Positions 62,373 through 64,000 of a DNA stretch of 64,000 nt are shown here, piece after piece. Position 1 is the first letter of the stretch, and each line of letters opens with the position of its first letter. The DNA lies in the IMG/VR virus record IMGVR_UViG_3300032307_000731, positions 32,001 through 96,000 of that record; one strand, given 5' to 3'. A program made the position numbers and the translations under genes. The DNA comes from a virus. The notes under the pieces were generated by a model. It made no database searches, was not told where the DNA came from, and was given only the letters and a program-made list of their open reading frames with translations.

Positions 62373-62467
62373 CAGGTTTATTTATCTCCCAACTATCTTA
62401 TAATTAAAAGTAAGGTGTGTGAATTTTAAAAATAACACATAAACTATTTATTAATTAAAAGAATTGC

Positions 62468-64000
62468 ATGGGTCAGTCTTATAGAATTAAAACCGAATTA
62501 GGTGTCAACAAAACTATCAATGTTCAGTTGGAGCAAGATTTTGAGTTTTTAGAAATATTATCATTAAAAATACAACAAGCCGATGTTTACACAAGAAGTT
62601 GTGCAGACTATGGTGTGATTGTTGGAAGGGTTACCGCTAATAATGGGTTTGGTATTCCAAACGCTCGAGTTTCTGTTTTCATACCAATTAGTGCGGTAGA
62701 TGAATCTAACCCATTAATTTCAAGTATATATCCTTACAAATCGCCAACAGATAAGAATGAGGATGGATATCGTTACAATTTACTACCTTACGAAAAATCT
62801 TATTCTGCTCACGCTGCCACAGGAACTTTACCAACAAGAGCGGATAGTTTAACAGGTGCGACTGCCGTTGAAATATACGACACATATTACAAATATACTA
62901 CCAAAACAAATGAGAGTGGGGATTACATGATTATGGGAGCTCCATTAGGTGCTCAAACATTAGTAATGGATGTTGACTTGTCCGATATTGGTGAATTCTC
63001 ATTAACACCTCAAGACTTAATTAGAATGGGGTTGGCCACAGAAGGACAAGTTGCTGGTAACAGATTTAAAACTTCTACCGACTTAAGTTCTTTACCTCAA
63101 ATAGTTTCATTAACAAAACAATTAGAGGTTAGCCCATTATGGGGGGACCCTGATATATGTCAAATTGCCGTGAACCGAATGGATTTTGACCTTAGAGATG
63201 ACGCGAATATAGACATTCAACCAACATCGGTTTTTATGGGTTCAATTTATTCAACCGCTGATGAGTTTCGTGTGAGAAAAAATGCGAAACCTAGAGATGA
63301 TATGGGTAATTTATGTAGTTTAAATGCGGGTCCGGGTCAAATTTTAGCAATTAGACAAACCATACAAGAAGATAGTGATGGTAATCCAATATTAGAACAA
63401 TTTCAGTTAGAACAATCGGGAAATATTATTGATGGTAATGGTGTGTGGATGACCGAATTACCGATGAATTTGGATTATTTTATTACCAATGAATTTGGTG
63501 AGAAAGTTTTATCAAACGACCCTACTGTGGGTATTCCAACAAAAGGAAGGTATCGTTTTAAAGTTAAATGGTCACAATCAGCTGGAGTTTCAGAACAGAC
63601 CAGACGACCAAATTATTTAATACCTAACGTAAAAGAGTATGGATGGGGAAGTGGAAGTGTAAATAGTCCCGCAAGACAAGAAGGTTCGTATTATTTTGGA
63701 TTAGATTGGAGTGGGTATACAAAAGGATTTGTTGGTTTTACATCATCAAATGTTCAACAAAGAAATCAACTGTTAGATTCAAAAATAAATTGTGAGGATA
63801 CTTTTTATGAGTTTAAGTTTAATCGAGTATATACGGTTGCCGGATTTATTGATGAATTTAAAAATGGGGCTAAAGGTAGATTTATAGGTATAAAAGAAAT
63901 AGATAGTAATGAATGTGCGACTACTATAAATAAATTTCCGGTTAATGACGGATTTCGAAATTTTGATTTATTATTTTTTATTTTCGCAATTTTAATGCAA
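62468..64000 (+). CDS. large putative baseplate/tail protein with an N-terminal carboxypeptidase-regulatory-like beta sandwich, 3' end truncated (not in ORF track)
   Basis: Open from ATG 62468 to the window end: MGQSYRIKTELG...GVIVGRVTANNGFGIPNARVSVF; TATTTAT at 62445. Confidence 0.75.
   Translation, partial: MGQSYRIKTELGVNKTINVQLEQDFEFLEILSLKIQQADVYTRSCADYGVIVGRVTANNGFGIPNARVSVFIPISAVDESNPLISSIYPYKSPTDKNEDGYRYNLLPYEKSYSAHAATGTLPTRADSLTGATAVEIYDTYYKYTTKTNESGDYMIMGAPLGAQTLVMDVDLSDIGEFSLTPQDLIRMGLATEGQVAGNRFKTSTDLSSLPQIVSLTKQLEVSPLWGDPDICQIAVNRMDFDLRDDANIDIQPTSVFMGSIYSTADEFRVRKNAKPRDDMGNLCSLNAGPGQILAIRQTIQEDSDGNPILEQFQLEQSGNIIDGNGVWMTELPMNLDYFITNEFGEKVLSNDPTVGIPTKGRYRFKVKWSQSAGVSEQTRRPNYLIPNVKEYGWGSGSVNSPARQEGSYYFGLDWSGYTKGFVGFTSSNVQQRNQLLDSKINCEDTFYEFKFNRVYTVAGFIDEFKNGAKGRFIGIKEIDSNECATTINKFPVNDGFRNFDLLFFIFAILMQ

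Noticed and set aside
1-64000. Stop-codon recoding, as seen in some jumbo phages
   Set aside because: Core genes are full length in code 11, and TAG and TGA end genes at sensible positions (for example 11842, 53031, 12782).
1-64000. Eukaryotic giant virus origin, suggested by SET, GT60, SNF2 and eukaryote-like RNR
   Set aside because: Sheath, tube, baseplate and neck genes, operons and Rho-independent terminators show a tailed bacteriophage.
1-64000. tRNA or rRNA genes
   Set aside because: Intergenic gaps are short and AT-rich, and I recognised no cloverleaf or rRNA-like sequence.

Overview
AT-rich, gene-dense 64 kb segment of a large (jumbo-type) contractile-tailed dsDNA phage read in the standard genetic code. 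A Bacteroidota-like host is inferred from SD-less, A-rich start regions and TTTG..TAnnTTT promoters. It carries neck, tail and baseplate genes (gp13/14/15-like, sheath, tube, chaperone, tape measure, hubs, gp25, gp6-like), replication genes (PolB, SNF2 helicase, gp32-like SSB, UvsX/RecA, 5'-3' exonuclease, DnaB, class Ia RNR) and accessory genes (WYL, Fe/Mn-SOD fusion, SET methyltransferase, LRR, HAD, FkbM). The most striking region is 2.2-16.4 kb. Putative virion proteins with long Thr/Pro mucin-like repeats lie directly upstream of six soluble glycosyltransferase-like genes, led by a GT60-type polypeptide alpha-GlcNAc transferase. This is a candidate phage-encoded mucin-type O-glycosylation system. 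Other signals: a TATTTAT(A) motif before most structural genes, a candidate +1 frameshift (UUU_CGC) in the tail chaperone, a shared (I/L)xE putative head-protease motif, an AACTAG iteron-like array and apparent GATC avoidance. All family assignments are from motif recognition by eye; no searches were run.
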